Made by a program: the position numbers and the translations under genes. The notes below the pieces were generated by a model. It did not search any database. It had not been told where the DNA came from and saw only the letters and a list, made by a program, of their open reading frames with translations. A stretch of DNA of 64,000 bases from contig CAYZSW010000004.1 in assembly GCA_964481135.1 (NCBI GenBank), positions 20,110-84,109 of the forward strand, written 5' to 3'. Source of the stretch: an uncultured Candidatus Saccharibacteria bacterium (GTDB lineage: Bacteria > Patescibacteriota > UBA1384 > JAMDBS01 > DAOVQR01). Positions 1 to 10,362 of this stretch are shown here, piece after piece; position 1 is the first letter of the stretch; the number at the start of each line of letters is the position of its first letter.

Positions 1-52
1 CCGACCTACTGTTCCGAAGACAGTCGCTCTAAATCCACTGAGCTAAGGGCGC
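1..52 (-). tRNA. tRNA-Arg(UCG), 3' end cut by window edge
   Basis: Reverse complement GCGCCCTTAGCTCAGTGGA...; anticodon arm ACTGT-CTTCGGA-ACAGT. Confidence 0.9.
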
Positions 53-83
53 AATAATCCCTATATTTTTAAATCAATTTTAG

Positions 84-161
84 TGGGGTGACTGGAGGGA
101 TTTGAACCCTCGACCCTCAGGACCACAACCTGATGCTCTAACCAGCTGAGCTACAGCCACC
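84..161 (-). tRNA. tRNA-His(GUG)
   Basis: Arm TCAGG-TTGTGGT-CCTGA, T-loop TTCAAAT, encoded CCA, G-1. Confidence 0.95.
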
Positions 162-162
162 A

Positions 163-238
163 TGGTACGCCCGAGAGGAATCGAACCTCTAACCTACAGC
201 TTAGAAGGCTGTCGCTCTATCCGTTGAGCTACGGGCGC
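163..238 (-). tRNA. tRNA-Arg(UCU)
   Basis: Arm ACAGC-CTTCTAA-GCTGT, encoded CCA. Confidence 0.95.
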
Positions 239-318
239 AGAAATTATCAATATAAACATAATTATCTAAAAAACCAATACAAATATTTTTGGTAGTCTTT
301 TAAAAATATTTTACACTT

Positions 319-393
319 TGGAGCGGGTGAGCGGAATCGAACCGCCATAACCAGCTTGGAAGGCTGGGACATTAACCGTTATGCTACACCCGC
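319..393 (-). tRNA. tRNA-Gly(UCC)
   Basis: Arm CCAGC-CTTCCAA-GCTGG, ends TCCA. Confidence 0.95.
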
Positions 394-592
394 ATACGAA
401 AGTTTCAAATTTCACAATACAAATAACAAATAAAATAAAACAACAATTTATAAATGAATTTTCAAAATGTTTGAACTAGTCGCAATTACTGAACGAAGTG
501 CGAACCTTTTTTGAACAGAATTCTGAATGATGCCATGCCTACGGCGCGGCGAGCGAGCAACAAACTGTCCGCAAAATTCGCAATGTTTAGAT

Positions 593-680
593 TGGTCGGG
601 GTGCCGCCGGGACTTCCGCCTTCGTTATAACTACGGCGGATAAACCTGTCTGCCGACAGGCAGGCTTCTCGTTCCGCACT
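593..680 (-). pseudogene. Decayed tRNA-Pro 3' end with palindromes inserted at the T-loop
   Basis: TGGTCGGGGTGCCG(CCG)GGACT matches 731-749; followed by TCCGCC...GGCGGA, then AAACC and CCTGTCTGCCGACAGGCAGG. Confidence 0.75.
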
Positions 681-730
681 AAAATATCAAATTCAGAATT
701 CTTGCCATGAGCGAAGTAATCTGAGTCGAA

Positions 731-807
731 TGGTCGGGGTGCCGGGACTCGAACCCGGGACCTCCTGCTCCCAAAGCAGGCGCTCTAGCCAACTGAGCCA
801 CACCCCG
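731..807 (-). tRNA. tRNA-Pro(UGG)
   Basis: Arm CCTGC-TTTGGGA-GCAGG, encoded CCA. Confidence 0.95.
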
Positions 808-1041
808 ATATTGAAAAATAACAAATTACAAATATCAAATTTCATCAGTCTCGGCTAGGCCGATCCTAGACGGAAATAAATACCAAATTTCTAAGCAAAC
901 AATAAATATTAAAAATCCATAAATTTGAAAAATTCAGTATATTAAAGATCAAAATCAATTATACTCCAAATATCTCTGGTAGTCAATCGACATGTTAGGT
1001 ATAATACAAATGTAATATTAGTATTCTAATTATATTTTATC

Positions 1042-1806
1042 ATGAATAAAAATATTTTAAAATTGTTGATAATGTGTTTTTTGTCTGGTTGCGCTAGTAC
1101 CAAGTATCAATTCGATACTAAGGTAAATAATGCTTTAGAATTTATCTCAAAACCGTTTATCTGCGAAACTCGTATTCAATCAGATTCTAATGAAAATAAA
1201 AATTTAAGCCAGAGTGATTCAGAAAAAATTAAAAATTCTGTCAATTTAGATATAGTTTTTACATCTCAAGCACCTTTTGCTAACTGGGATGATTTACACG
1301 ACGAGGCGTGTGAAGAGGCGTCATTGTTGATAGTTCATTGGTATCTACAAGGAAGAAAAACTTTAACTCCCCAACAAGCAGAAGATGAAATTCAAAAAAT
1401 GGTTGCTTGGCAAATGGAAAATTATGGTGGTCATTATGATTTAACGCTCGAGCAACTTGCTGATTTTGCAAAGAGATATTATGGATATAAAAATATACAA
1501 ATTAAAAATGTTAAAAGCATTGATGATATAAAAATGGAATTATCTAAGGGTAATCCAATAATTATACCAGCAGCTGGTAGAGATCTTGGTAATCCATACT
1601 TTAAAAATCCAGGTCCGATATATCACATGTTGGTTGTAAAGGGTTATAATTCACAATACTTTATTACAAATGATGTAGGTACAAAAAGAGGTGAAGGTTT
1701 TCAATATAAGTTTGATCAATTGTTTAATGCTATTCATGATTATAATGGTAAAACAGAAGAAAAAATGAGAATGGGGGCTAAGAAAATTCTCATTATTAAT
1801 AATTGA
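1042..1806 (+). CDS. C39-like cysteine peptidase, probable lipoprotein
   Basis: Lipobox LSGC; QAP..W...ACEEAS, YHMLVVKGY and ND motifs. Confidence 0.85.
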   Translation: MNKNILKLLIMCFLSGCASTKYQFDTKVNNALEFISKPFICETRIQSDSNENKNLSQSDSEKIKNSVNLDIVFTSQAPFANWDDLHDEACEEASLLIVHWYLQGRKTLTPQQAEDEIQKMVAWQMENYGGHYDLTLEQLADFAKRYYGYKNIQIKNVKSIDDIKMELSKGNPIIIPAAGRDLGNPYFKNPGPIYHMLVVKGYNSQYFITNDVGTKRGEGFQYKFDQLFNAIHDYNGKTEEKMRMGAKKILIINN

Positions 1807-1830
1807 CATAACATGCACATGTGTTAAAAT
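1803..1830 (+). promoter_or_regulatory. Sigma70-type promoter for rny
   Basis: TTGACA-N16-TAAAAT. Confidence 0.5.
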
Positions 1831-1913
1831 AATAATGCTTCTTATATTGTATTAAGCTAAATTATTTTTTAAAGGAAGCAATATGAATTTAAATTATTAT
1901 TTTGGAGTAAACA

Positions 1914-3404
1914 ATGAACCCTATATTATTAGTAGGTATTATCTCGGCTTTAGCCGGGGCAGGTGTTGGATTTGTTACAAAACACACATTAACACAAAAG
2001 AATATTCGAGAGGCAGAGCAAAAACAAAAAGAATTGGTTCTTAAGGCAAAAGATGAGGCATTTAAAATAAGAGAAGAGGCTAAAAAAGAAATCGATCAAA
2101 AGCGTCGGAATCTTGACGAACGAGAAAAAAGAATTATTACAAAAGACGAGAATTTAGATAGGCGGTATGATCAAATCGAATCTGAGAAAAATAAAATTGC
2201 AGAACAACAGAAAATCGTTGCAAAAATCAAAACAGAAATAGATAATATTAAACAAGAGCAAAAACAAGAACTCAAAAAAATTACTAAGTTAGATGATCAA
2301 CAAGCAAAAGATCTATTGCTTGCTATTATTGAAAGAGAATTTAAAGATGAAGTTATTGAAAAAATTAAAGCTTCTAAACAGGCTGCTAAAGATGAAGCAA
2401 AAAATATTGCTAAAGAAATCATCGCGACAGTAATAGCTCGAATGGCTTCTGATCATACTGCTGAAACAACAGTGTCAAATGTTGCTTTACCGTCAGATGA
2501 AATGAAAGGCAGAATTATTGGCAGGGAAGGAAGAAATATCCAAGCTTTTGAAAAGGCTACAGGAGTAGATGTTTTAATTGATGATACACCAGATACGGTT
2601 ACGATTTCTTCTTTTGATCCCATGAGAAGATATATAGCAAAAGTGTCTTTAGAAAAATTAATTTCCGACGGTAGAATCCAGCCAGCAAGAATTGAAGAAA
2701 TTATTGAAAAAACTAAGAAAGAAGTAGCGGTTGAAGTGAAAGAAGCAGGTGAGGCGGCTGCATTTGAAGTTGGTGTGGCAGGATTGCATCCAGATTTAAT
2801 AAAAATTTTAGGTAGATTGAAGTTTAGAACATCATACGGTCAAAGTGTGTTAAAACATTCAGTAGAAGTTGCTCAACTAGCAGGGATGTTGGCTTATGAA
2901 ATAGGTGCTGATGCAGCTTTATGTAAAAAAGCGGGATTGTTGCACGATCTTGGTAAAGCTGTTGACCACGAAGTACCGGGCGCGCATCACCATATTTCTA
3001 TGGATATTTTGCGTAAATATGGAGCTTCAGAAACTCTCATAAATGCTGTTGGTGCTCACCATGATGACATTGAACCAAAAACAGTAGAAGCAATCGTTGT
3101 TAGGTCGGCAGATGCAATTTCCGGTTCAAGACCAGGGGCAAGACATGAATCTTTAGAATCTTATATAAAAAGATTAACTGAGCTCGAAAATATTGCCAAC
3201 TCATTTACTGGAGTTGAAAAATCTTATGCAATTCAAGCTGGTAGAGAAGTAAGAATTATTGTAAAACCAGAAGATATTGATGACCTAGCAGCTCTTAAAT
3301 TATCACAAAATATTGCTAAAAAAATCGAAACAGATTTACAATATCCAGGAACTATTAAAGTTAATGTGATTCGTGAAGTAAGGGCAACTGAATTTGCAAA
3401 ATAA
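1914..3404 (+). CDS. rny: Ribonuclease Y
   Basis: N-terminal TM, coiled coil, KH motif [14 protein letters not shown] domain LLHDLGK. Confidence 0.97.
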   Translation: MNPILLVGIISALAGAGVGFVTKHTLTQKNIREAEQKQKELVLKAKDEAFKIREEAKKEIDQKRRNLDEREKRIITKDENLDRRYDQIESEKNKIAEQQKIVAKIKTEIDNIKQEQKQELKKITKLDDQQAKDLLLAIIEREFKDEVIEKIKASKQAAKDEAKNIAKEIIATVIARMASDHTAETTVSNVALPSDEMKGRIIGREGRNIQAFEKATGVDVLIDDTPDTVTISSFDPMRRYIAKVSLEKLISDGRIQPARIEEIIEKTKKEVAVEVKEAGEAAAFEVGVAGLHPDLIKILGRLKFRTSYGQSVLKHSVEVAQLAGMLAYEIGADAALCKKAGLLHDLGKAVDHEVPGAHHHISMDILRKYGASETLINAVGAHHDDIEPKTVEAIVVRSADAISGSRPGARHESLESYIKRLTELENIANSFTGVEKSYAIQAGREVRIIVKPEDIDDLAALKLSQNIAKKIETDLQYPGTIKVNVIREVRATEFAK

Positions 3405-3409
3405 TTAAT

Positions 3410-3510
3410 CATGTTGAAGTTGTTTAAATTGTTGAAACTGTTGGATTTGTAAATATTTAGATTCAATTCCAATAAGCGAAGTGATTGAATATCTTCAACT
3501 TTTAGAACTA
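3410..3510. repeat. Degenerate 9-mer array with inverted arm
   Basis: GTTGAAGTT GTTTAAATT GTTGAAACT GTTGGATTT ... CTTCAACTT TTAGAACT. Confidence 0.65.
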
Positions 3511-3515
3511 TTTTT

Positions 3516-4295
3516 ATGAACATTTTATTTATTGGAGACATTGTAGGTAGGCCGGCAAGAAATGCAATAGCCAAGGTATTGCCTGGTTTAAAAGAGGAAA
3601 TGCAAATAGACCTTATATTTGCTAATGGAGAAAATTTAACATCGGGTAATGGCATGACTTTCGATGTTTATAAAGATATGATAAATTTAGGAATTGATTA
3701 TTTTACAAGTGGAAACCATATTTGGGATAAGAAAGATTTTATTAAATATTTGGACGAAAAAGATATAAAAGTTATCAGACCTGCAAATTATCCAGAGAGC
3801 GTTCCAGGTAAATCAATAGCTGAAATAAAATTTAAAAATCACAATATAATTTTAATTAACCTTTTGGGTAGAGTTTTTATCCCAAATCAAACTGACAACC
3901 CATTTTTAGTTGTAGATGAGATATTAAAAAAAATTAAAAACAAAATTATTATTGTAGATTTTCACGCTGAGGCAACTTCCGAAAAAAATTGTATGGGTTA
4001 TTATTTGGACGGTCGTGTAAGTGCTGTTATTGGTACGCATACTCATATACCGACAGCAGATGCTCGAATATTACCTAAAAAAACCGCCTACATTTCTGAT
4101 ACAGGTATGGTTGGATTACTTGACTCAGCTATTGGTTGTGATTTAGATTCAATAACCCAATCTTTTTTAACAGGATTACCTTTTCAAAGCAAATCCAGTC
4201 CAGGTAAAGTTTTTTTTAATGCTACTTTTTTAAAAATTAATGAAAAAAATGGTAAAGCTAAAGATATTAAATTGATTCAGAAAATTATTGATTAA
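3516..4295 (+). CDS. ymdB: YmdB-family metallophosphoesterase
   Basis: GDIVG, NGEN, GNHIWD, DFHAEATSEK, GTHTH motifs; follows rny. Confidence 0.93.
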   Translation: MNILFIGDIVGRPARNAIAKVLPGLKEEMQIDLIFANGENLTSGNGMTFDVYKDMINLGIDYFTSGNHIWDKKDFIKYLDEKDIKVIRPANYPESVPGKSIAEIKFKNHNIILINLLGRVFIPNQTDNPFLVVDEILKKIKNKIIIVDFHAEATSEKNCMGYYLDGRVSAVIGTHTHIPTADARILPKKTAYISDTGMVGLLDSAIGCDLDSITQSFLTGLPFQSKSSPGKVFFNATFLKINEKNGKAKDIKLIQKIID

Positions 4296-4322
4296 TTTTT
4301 TTACTTTGCAATTATCAAGATG

Positions 4323-4399
4323 TGGTGCTCCCGAGAGGAGTTGAACCTCTAGTCTTTCCCTTAGGACGGGATTGCTTTATCCAGTTAAGCTACGGGAGC
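4323..4399 (-). tRNA. tRNA-Arg(CCU)
   Basis: Anticodon loop GTCCTAA, GCTCCCG/CGGGAGC acceptor stem, encoded CCA. Confidence 0.9.
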
Positions 4400-4553
4400 A
4401 ATAATGACTAATAAATTAATTTCTAACAAAATTCATAATATAAAAACAAAACAATTATAACAATTTGTTTTGTTAATCTCAATGATTAAAAGATTGTTTT
4501 TTTTTGTTTTTAAGATATAATAAAATTAAGATTATTTATTTTTTTATAAAAAT

Positions 4554-5282
4554 ATGTTTAACCTTTCTAAAAAATTTAATAAAATTTCCTTCATATTACT
4601 ATGTTTGGGTATTGGAATAGGATTTTTTTTGATAATTCAATTAAAAACTCCAGTTGTGAGAGTTGTTGATCCAATTTCTCCATATATTTCTTTACAGGAT
4701 ACTAAAGATGTTTTAGTTGAAGAACAGGATCATCTTAAAAATAAAATCAATATTTTGCAGACAGATATTACAAAAAGCGAAGAAGAATTAAAAAAATACA
4801 CAGCCAGCCAAAAAACCGTAGAAGAAATAGAAAATTATAAAAAAAATATTGGCCTAACAAAAAGAACTGGTCAGGGCATAATAATTAAAATTGACGACTC
4901 AAAAAAAGCAGAAGTATCTATAGATTCGATTACTCATGCAGCGGACTTAAGAGACATTGTAAATTTTTTATGGGGAGTAGGTGCAGAAGCAATTAGTATT
5001 AACGATGAAAGAATTGTTTTTGTTTCATCTATAGATTGCATTGTTAATACAATATTAATAAATAGCACTAAAACAGCCCCACCTTTTGAAATTAAAGTAA
5101 TTGGAAAACCTAAGGATTTAGAAGATCAGGTCAATAATTCAAATAATTTAAAAGATATTAAAAAAAGAGTTAAAAATCAGGGTTTGATTCTTGAAGTAAT
5201 AAGAAAAAATGATATTACCATACTGCCGTATGATGGAAGTTTTGTTATTGAATATGCAAAAATAGCGGAGGCAAATGAGTAG
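4554..5282 (+). CDS. DUF881 family protein
   Basis: TM, coiled coil, G.GI.I..DD, VNFLW..GAEAISINDERI. Confidence 0.88.
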   Translation: MFNLSKKFNKISFILLCLGIGIGFFLIIQLKTPVVRVVDPISPYISLQDTKDVLVEEQDHLKNKINILQTDITKSEEELKKYTASQKTVEEIENYKKNIGLTKRTGQGIIIKIDDSKKAEVSIDSITHAADLRDIVNFLWGVGAEAISINDERIVFVSSIDCIVNTILINSTKTAPPFEIKVIGKPKDLEDQVNNSNNLKDIKKRVKNQGLILEVIRKNDITILPYDGSFVIEYAKIAEANE

Positions 5283-5868
5283 GTTTTATAAAATATTAAT
5301 TTATTTTGGTATTTGTTTATTTTTAGGTTTTTTGTTAACTAGACAATTTTATTTAAATAAACAAATCCAAGAGATTAGCCAGCCTGAAGTTGGGAATTCA
5401 ATAGCACTGGTAGTTACTGAATATTTTAAAACTAATAGCCGTTTGCGCAAACAAATAGATCAGCTTCAAATGCAGAGAGAAAAGCTCTTAGAATCTGCTA
5501 CAAGCTCTCAGGAATCCAATGAGATTTTACAAGAAAATCTGCAGAACTACAAAATTATATCAGGGTCTACTGCTGTAGAGGGGGAGGGAATTGAAATAGT
5601 TTTTTACGATAAAGTGGACTCAACACAAATTATTGATATAATAAATGCAATTAAAAATATCGGCGCAGAAGCAATTGCAGTGAATAATCGTAGGTTAGGT
5701 CCAAAATCTTATGTTGAGTCAGGAATTTTTCAGCCACCAACATCTATAGAGGCAATTGGTAATCCAAATCTACTTAAAGAGTCACTTGTAAGACCGGGAG
5801 GAATAATTGATCAATATGGGACGGGTACGGTCGAGAAAAAGGAAAAAATCTATCTGCAACCAATCTAA
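5275..5868 (+). CDS. DUF881 family protein (paralog)
   Basis: GEGIEI, GAEAIAVNNRR, IEAIGNP..L...L..PGG. Confidence 0.85.
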   Translation: MSRFYKILIYFGICLFLGFLLTRQFYLNKQIQEISQPEVGNSIALVVTEYFKTNSRLRKQIDQLQMQREKLLESATSSQESNEILQENLQNYKIISGSTAVEGEGIEIVFYDKVDSTQIIDIINAIKNIGAEAIAVNNRRLGPKSYVESGIFQPPTSIEAIGNPNLLKESLVRPGGIIDQYGTGTVEKKEKIYLQPI

Positions 5869-5886
5869 AATTATTAAAAGGTTTTT

Positions 5887-6909
5887 ATGCAAAAAGAAAT
5901 AATTTTTAATATATCTTTTAAAGCAATCATAAAAATATTATTGGCAATATTATTTTTATTATTTTTGTATCTTATAAGAGACATATTGCTTTTAGTTTTT
6001 GTAGTTTTAATAGTAGTTGCAGGTCTTGGACCAACTTTAATATATTTTGATAAATATAAGATTCCTAGATGGCTTTCGGTTACGATAGTATATATTTTAA
6101 TTCTAGCCTTTCTTGTTTTGCTTTTCTTTTTAATTATTCCCCCGGTAATTGAGCAAAGTAGTTTGCTTATTAAAAATATCCCTTTTATAATCGAAAAACT
6201 TCCTAGTTCGATTTCAGAATTTATTTCAAACAATTATGCAACTGAAACAGAGAAGTTTTTTTCGTTATCAGAAAATTTAAAGAATATCAGTAATAGCGTT
6301 ATGGAATACACTTTTACTTTTTTTGGATCAGTAAGTGATTTTGTGTTAATTTCAATAATTAGTTTTTACCTTTTATTAAAACAAGAAGCAGTTGAAGAAA
6401 CATTTTTTTCTTTTTTTCCGGATAGAAAAAAAGAACACATGAACAAGATTTATAATAAAATCAATCAAAAGCTTGGGAAATGGATAAGAAGCAGAGTATT
6501 GCTGAGTTTTATAATTACAATCATTACTTTTATTGTTTTATCATTAATTAATGTTCCTTATGCTATGATGTTGGCAGTACTTGCGGGAATTTTAGATATA
6601 GTTCCGATTATCGGACCAGTTTTTACAGGTCTTGTTATTGGAATTATTGCCTATACAACTGGTTCTGTGTGGTTGGCAGGACTTTCAGTAATTCTATTTA
6701 CTTTAATTATTCAATTTGCTGATAATTTTATTGCTCCCAAGCTAATGGGTAAAGCAATTGGGCTTTCGCCAGTTATAATTATTATTGTCTTTACAATCGG
6801 AGCAAAATTAGGAGGAATAATTGGTGCTGTTTTGGCAATACCATTTGCCGCAGGAATATATGTTTTAATAGAAGAGTGGGAATCTTTTAAAAAAGCTGTA
6901 TTTAATTAA
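5887..6909 (+). CDS. AI-2E family transporter
   Basis: Multiple TM segments; VPIIGP and P.LMGKAIGLSP motifs. Confidence 0.88.
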   Translation: MQKEIIFNISFKAIIKILLAILFLLFLYLIRDILLLVFVVLIVVAGLGPTLIYFDKYKIPRWLSVTIVYILILAFLVLLFFLIIPPVIEQSSLLIKNIPFIIEKLPSSISEFISNNYATETEKFFSLSENLKNISNSVMEYTFTFFGSVSDFVLISIISFYLLLKQEAVEETFFSFFPDRKKEHMNKIYNKINQKLGKWIRSRVLLSFIITIITFIVLSLINVPYAMMLAVLAGILDIVPIIGPVFTGLVIGIIAYTTGSVWLAGLSVILFTLIIQFADNFIAPKLMGKAIGLSPVIIIIVFTIGAKLGGIIGAVLAIPFAAGIYVLIEEWESFKKAVFN

Positions 6910-6937
6910 AATCAAATTTTAAATCAAAAGGAGGAAA

Positions 6938-7420
6938 ATGAAAAAAATTACTAAAATATTTCTAATTATTCCATTATTTATTTTTGTATTTTTTGTGTTT
7001 CAAATTACTATTGCTTCAACAAGAAAATCTCCAGAAATTTATTTTACTAATTCAAATGCTACAGACCCGTTTGATAAAAATTTTGAAATATCTGAAATAG
7101 AATATGGAAAGTCATTTAATTTAGTTGGTGAAAATTTTTCTGTAAGCAAAGATGTGCATATATATTTAAATCAAGAATATATTGGTGTAAAAGAAATCGA
7201 GGATGGCAAATTTAGAGGTATTATGAATATTAAACAGGAGGAAGCAGAGAACAAAACATATTCTATAAAAGTTGATGGTGCTGCCAGAGGTGAAACATTG
7301 GAAAAAGAAATTTATGTTAAGTTGCCATCAGTAATTCCTTCTTGGGCATATATAATTGTTGGTCTTATTGTGATTGGCTGTATTGTTTATTTCATCTATC
7401 TAAAAATTTTTCAAGAATAA
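6938..7420 (+). CDS. Secreted beta-rich protein with C-terminal TM anchor
   Basis: AGGAGG RBS, signal peptide, C-terminal TM; similar to the C-terminus of 13999-19584. Confidence 0.8.
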   Translation: MKKITKIFLIIPLFIFVFFVFQITIASTRKSPEIYFTNSNATDPFDKNFEISEIEYGKSFNLVGENFSVSKDVHIYLNQEYIGVKEIEDGKFRGIMNIKQEEAENKTYSIKVDGAARGETLEKEIYVKLPSVIPSWAYIIVGLIVIGCIVYFIYLKIFQE

Positions 7421-7477
7421 ATTATCCACTTTAATTTAAACTTATTTTTTGGTTTAATTAAATTACAAGGATTGCGT

Positions 7478-7855
7478 ATGGACGAAAAAAAGCTTACAAA
7501 AATTTTAGAAAAACAAACAAAAGAATTAAAAGAGGATTACAGTCGTCAAGGTAAAATGCTTTTAGATGAGTTCAAAAACCAAACTTCAATTATTGCTGAA
7601 CAATATACAAGTTTAAATAAAAAGGTTGATAAATTAAGTGATAGACTTTGTAAAGTCAGCGATAAACTTGATAATGCTTGTAATAAGCTTGATGCGACTT
7701 TTGAAAAAGTGGGTCAAAATTCAGAAAATATTGAAATTATTAAAGAAGAAGTCAAATCAATTAATAATTCATTAAAGAAAAAAGTTGATGCAGATGAATT
7801 TTCTTTATTAGAAAAAAGAGTTGTAGTTCTTGAAAGAAAAGTAAAAGTCACATAA
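7478..7855 (+). CDS. Coiled-coil hypothetical protein
   Basis: Heptad repeats ending LKKKVDADEFSLLEKRVVVLE; ATG at 7478. Confidence 0.75.
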   Translation: MDEKKLTKILEKQTKELKEDYSRQGKMLLDEFKNQTSIIAEQYTSLNKKVDKLSDRLCKVSDKLDNACNKLDATFEKVGQNSENIEIIKEEVKSINNSLKKKVDADEFSLLEKRVVVLERKVKVT

Positions 7856-7934
7856 ATACCCACCAATTCCATTTTTTTTTTGCTATATGTTAAAATGTAA
7901 TTAAGTAATAAAATATTATTAAAATATTTATTTT

Positions 7935-10343
7935 ATGAATAATCCGGAGGGAGAACAATTAGGGAGTAGTCCACCACAGATAGATCCAGAAAATAACAAT
8001 CAAAACTCAAATCAATCTGTGGATAAAAAGAAGCAATTAGGAGTATGGGCGCTAAAACGACTTTTACCAGTAACACTTGGTATTTTTTTAGTTTTAGGTA
8101 TCGCTATAGCCGCAGTACCTTCTTGGAGAAACTATTTTACCAATATTTTAAGTCAATTCGGCCCAAGAGCGGATTTTTTTAGTGATTCAACCCAAGATTA
8201 TTACAATCTCGAATGGTCTGGACTATTAAAAGAGTTAGGAATTGAAAATATAGGTTCTAGTGGAAAATGCTATTTAGATATAGAAAAAAATATTGTTTTA
8301 AGTAACCCACCTGTATTTAGACGTGACTTTTTGGTTTTTCGACATTCTAAATATACTTCGTTTTTAGGTAGAGAACTAATTCGTTCATTTTGGCAAGGAA
8401 TTTTTAATGCTAAATCATCTGGAGATAACCCAGATTTTCTTGGTACGGGACATATTGACTTGTCTAATCGCAGTTTTTATATAAAACCAGTCCAAATTAA
8501 ATCTAGTTGTCCTTTTGTTAATCATCTAAGACATACTAAATTAGAGAATGTTAGGGGAGATGGAATAGATCATGAAGCATATGATCAATGGATTGGAAAA
8601 GTCATGAAAAATATTTGGGCAGAACCAAGTATTACAACTCCCATTATTTTTAACAAAATTAATTCTAGTTTTGCAATTGATGTAAAGAAAACTAAATGTT
8701 TATTTGAAATAGAAGAGAATCGAAATCATATAGTAGAAGGTTATAGAAATAAAGGTTATGATTGCGATTTAGATTATTTATATGGAATTAATGGTAATCT
8801 GAGTTACCAATGTGTCAAAAAAGATACGGTATGTGATGAAAATGGGAATAATTGCGAACCGAGGATAATTGAATCTCAAGTTGGTTCTGTAAATGATGAT
8901 TGTGGGGCGAAGACCATAGGTAAAGGAGAAGAATTGAGGATAACTGCTAAACCCAGACCAGAATTAGTTGTAGCGCCAATTGTTGATTATAGAAATAGTG
9001 ATTATTACACATTTACTCAGCCAGTTGTTTGCCCAGAATTAAAATGGAATCCTCTACTGTATCGTAATTTAGGATGGCTTTCCTACTATCATCAAGTTTT
9101 TTCTGATGCCCCAAATAGAAACATAAAAACCTTTCAACAGCTTTCTCGTGGACAATTAAGTGTAGATGATTTATTTAAAAGAATGTATCCTGATAATCAG
9201 GATTATCGAGAATTGTTAATCAATAAAAGCGTTTATCCGATAAAACAAGCAACAGATTTTGATTATATGCCGATTTTTATCCATGCCAGAAAAATAACTG
9301 ATAATGACGCCATTAAGAGTGAATTTAAATCTTGTAATTTTAATGAATTTTTAAATCGCAATATTCATTCCGGAATAGACTCAGAAAGTTATAAAGATAA
9401 GGAAATAGATTTTGAAATAAAAGGGTCTGGCGCAGGTGGAAAGTTAGGTTACTTGCATCTTGATAAAGATAAAATCAATGATAATTTATTTGAATATACT
9501 TTTGAAGAAATAGAACAAGAAAATAATAAAGGTAAAATTAAGCTTAATAGTCGGGGGTTTGCAACGAAAGATAATGCAGTCCTAATATATAAGCCGGACG
9601 AAAATCAACCAGCGGGTAGAGTGGAAGTAGCTTTTACACTACACATGGATGAAAATGATGGATATTATGCAAAAAATGTTCAAAATCAAATAATAATAGA
9701 TGTAAATAACATTAACGCAGAAATCAAGTTAAAAGATGAAGAATCAGAAGATCAAGATAACAACAAAACATATGAAGGATTTTTTAAGATTAATCAGGGG
9801 TTTGTTAATGGCTCAACTAAAGAAGAGCCATTAAACAAAGCCACTATTGGCGAGAGTTTAAAAAGAGATTTTGAAATATGTGCGTATGAGCAGATAGATA
9901 AAGTAAATGATAAGGATTTTCCTATTTGTTTGCCAATTGTTGAAAACCAGGAAGATAAAAACAAAATTGGCGCAAAAATAATTATTTCTGATATTAATCA
10001 AAGATCTTCCAATGCTGGATCATATAAAGGAGTAACAATTATTGAAAATCTTAATTTAGATGAAGATGGTAATTTCTCATTTCAGCTAGACATTGATCGT
10101 TCAATAAGGCCTACTGTAAGAATTACAGATATAATTACTGGCAAGTATGTTGAAGTGGAGCAACCTGTAGAAGTTGATTTGTCATTAAAAGTTATTCAAG
10201 ACGATGAGAATAAAAAATCAGATTACAGTTCGTTTGAGCATTCTTTTTCAAAAATAATAGATGGTGTAAAATGGATGTATAAAACACTAATTATTAATAC
10301 AAAAGATCAAAAAGAATTAGAGGATAAGTGGTATAGTTTTTAA
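7935..10343 (+). CDS. Large Cys-containing membrane-anchored hypothetical protein
   Basis: 802-aa ORF with N/Q-rich N-terminal tail and one TM. Confidence 0.8.
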   Translation: MNNPEGEQLGSSPPQIDPENNNQNSNQSVDKKKQLGVWALKRLLPVTLGIFLVLGIAIAAVPSWRNYFTNILSQFGPRADFFSDSTQDYYNLEWSGLLKELGIENIGSSGKCYLDIEKNIVLSNPPVFRRDFLVFRHSKYTSFLGRELIRSFWQGIFNAKSSGDNPDFLGTGHIDLSNRSFYIKPVQIKSSCPFVNHLRHTKLENVRGDGIDHEAYDQWIGKVMKNIWAEPSITTPIIFNKINSSFAIDVKKTKCLFEIEENRNHIVEGYRNKGYDCDLDYLYGINGNLSYQCVKKDTVCDENGNNCEPRIIESQVGSVNDDCGAKTIGKGEELRITAKPRPELVVAPIVDYRNSDYYTFTQPVVCPELKWNPLLYRNLGWLSYYHQVFSDAPNRNIKTFQQLSRGQLSVDDLFKRMYPDNQDYRELLINKSVYPIKQATDFDYMPIFIHARKITDNDAIKSEFKSCNFNEFLNRNIHSGIDSESYKDKEIDFEIKGSGAGGKLGYLHLDKDKINDNLFEYTFEEIEQENNKGKIKLNSRGFATKDNAVLIYKPDENQPAGRVEVAFTLHMDENDGYYAKNVQNQIIIDVNNINAEIKLKDEESEDQDNNKTYEGFFKINQGFVNGSTKEEPLNKATIGESLKRDFEICAYEQIDKVNDKDFPICLPIVENQEDKNKIGAKIIISDINQRSSNAGSYKGVTIIENLNLDEDGNFSFQLDIDRSIRPTVRITDIITGKYVEVEQPVEVDLSLKVIQDDENKKSDYSSFEHSFSKIIDGVKWMYKTLIINTKDQKELEDKWYSF

Positions 10344-10362
10344 AATATTGGAAAATATATTA

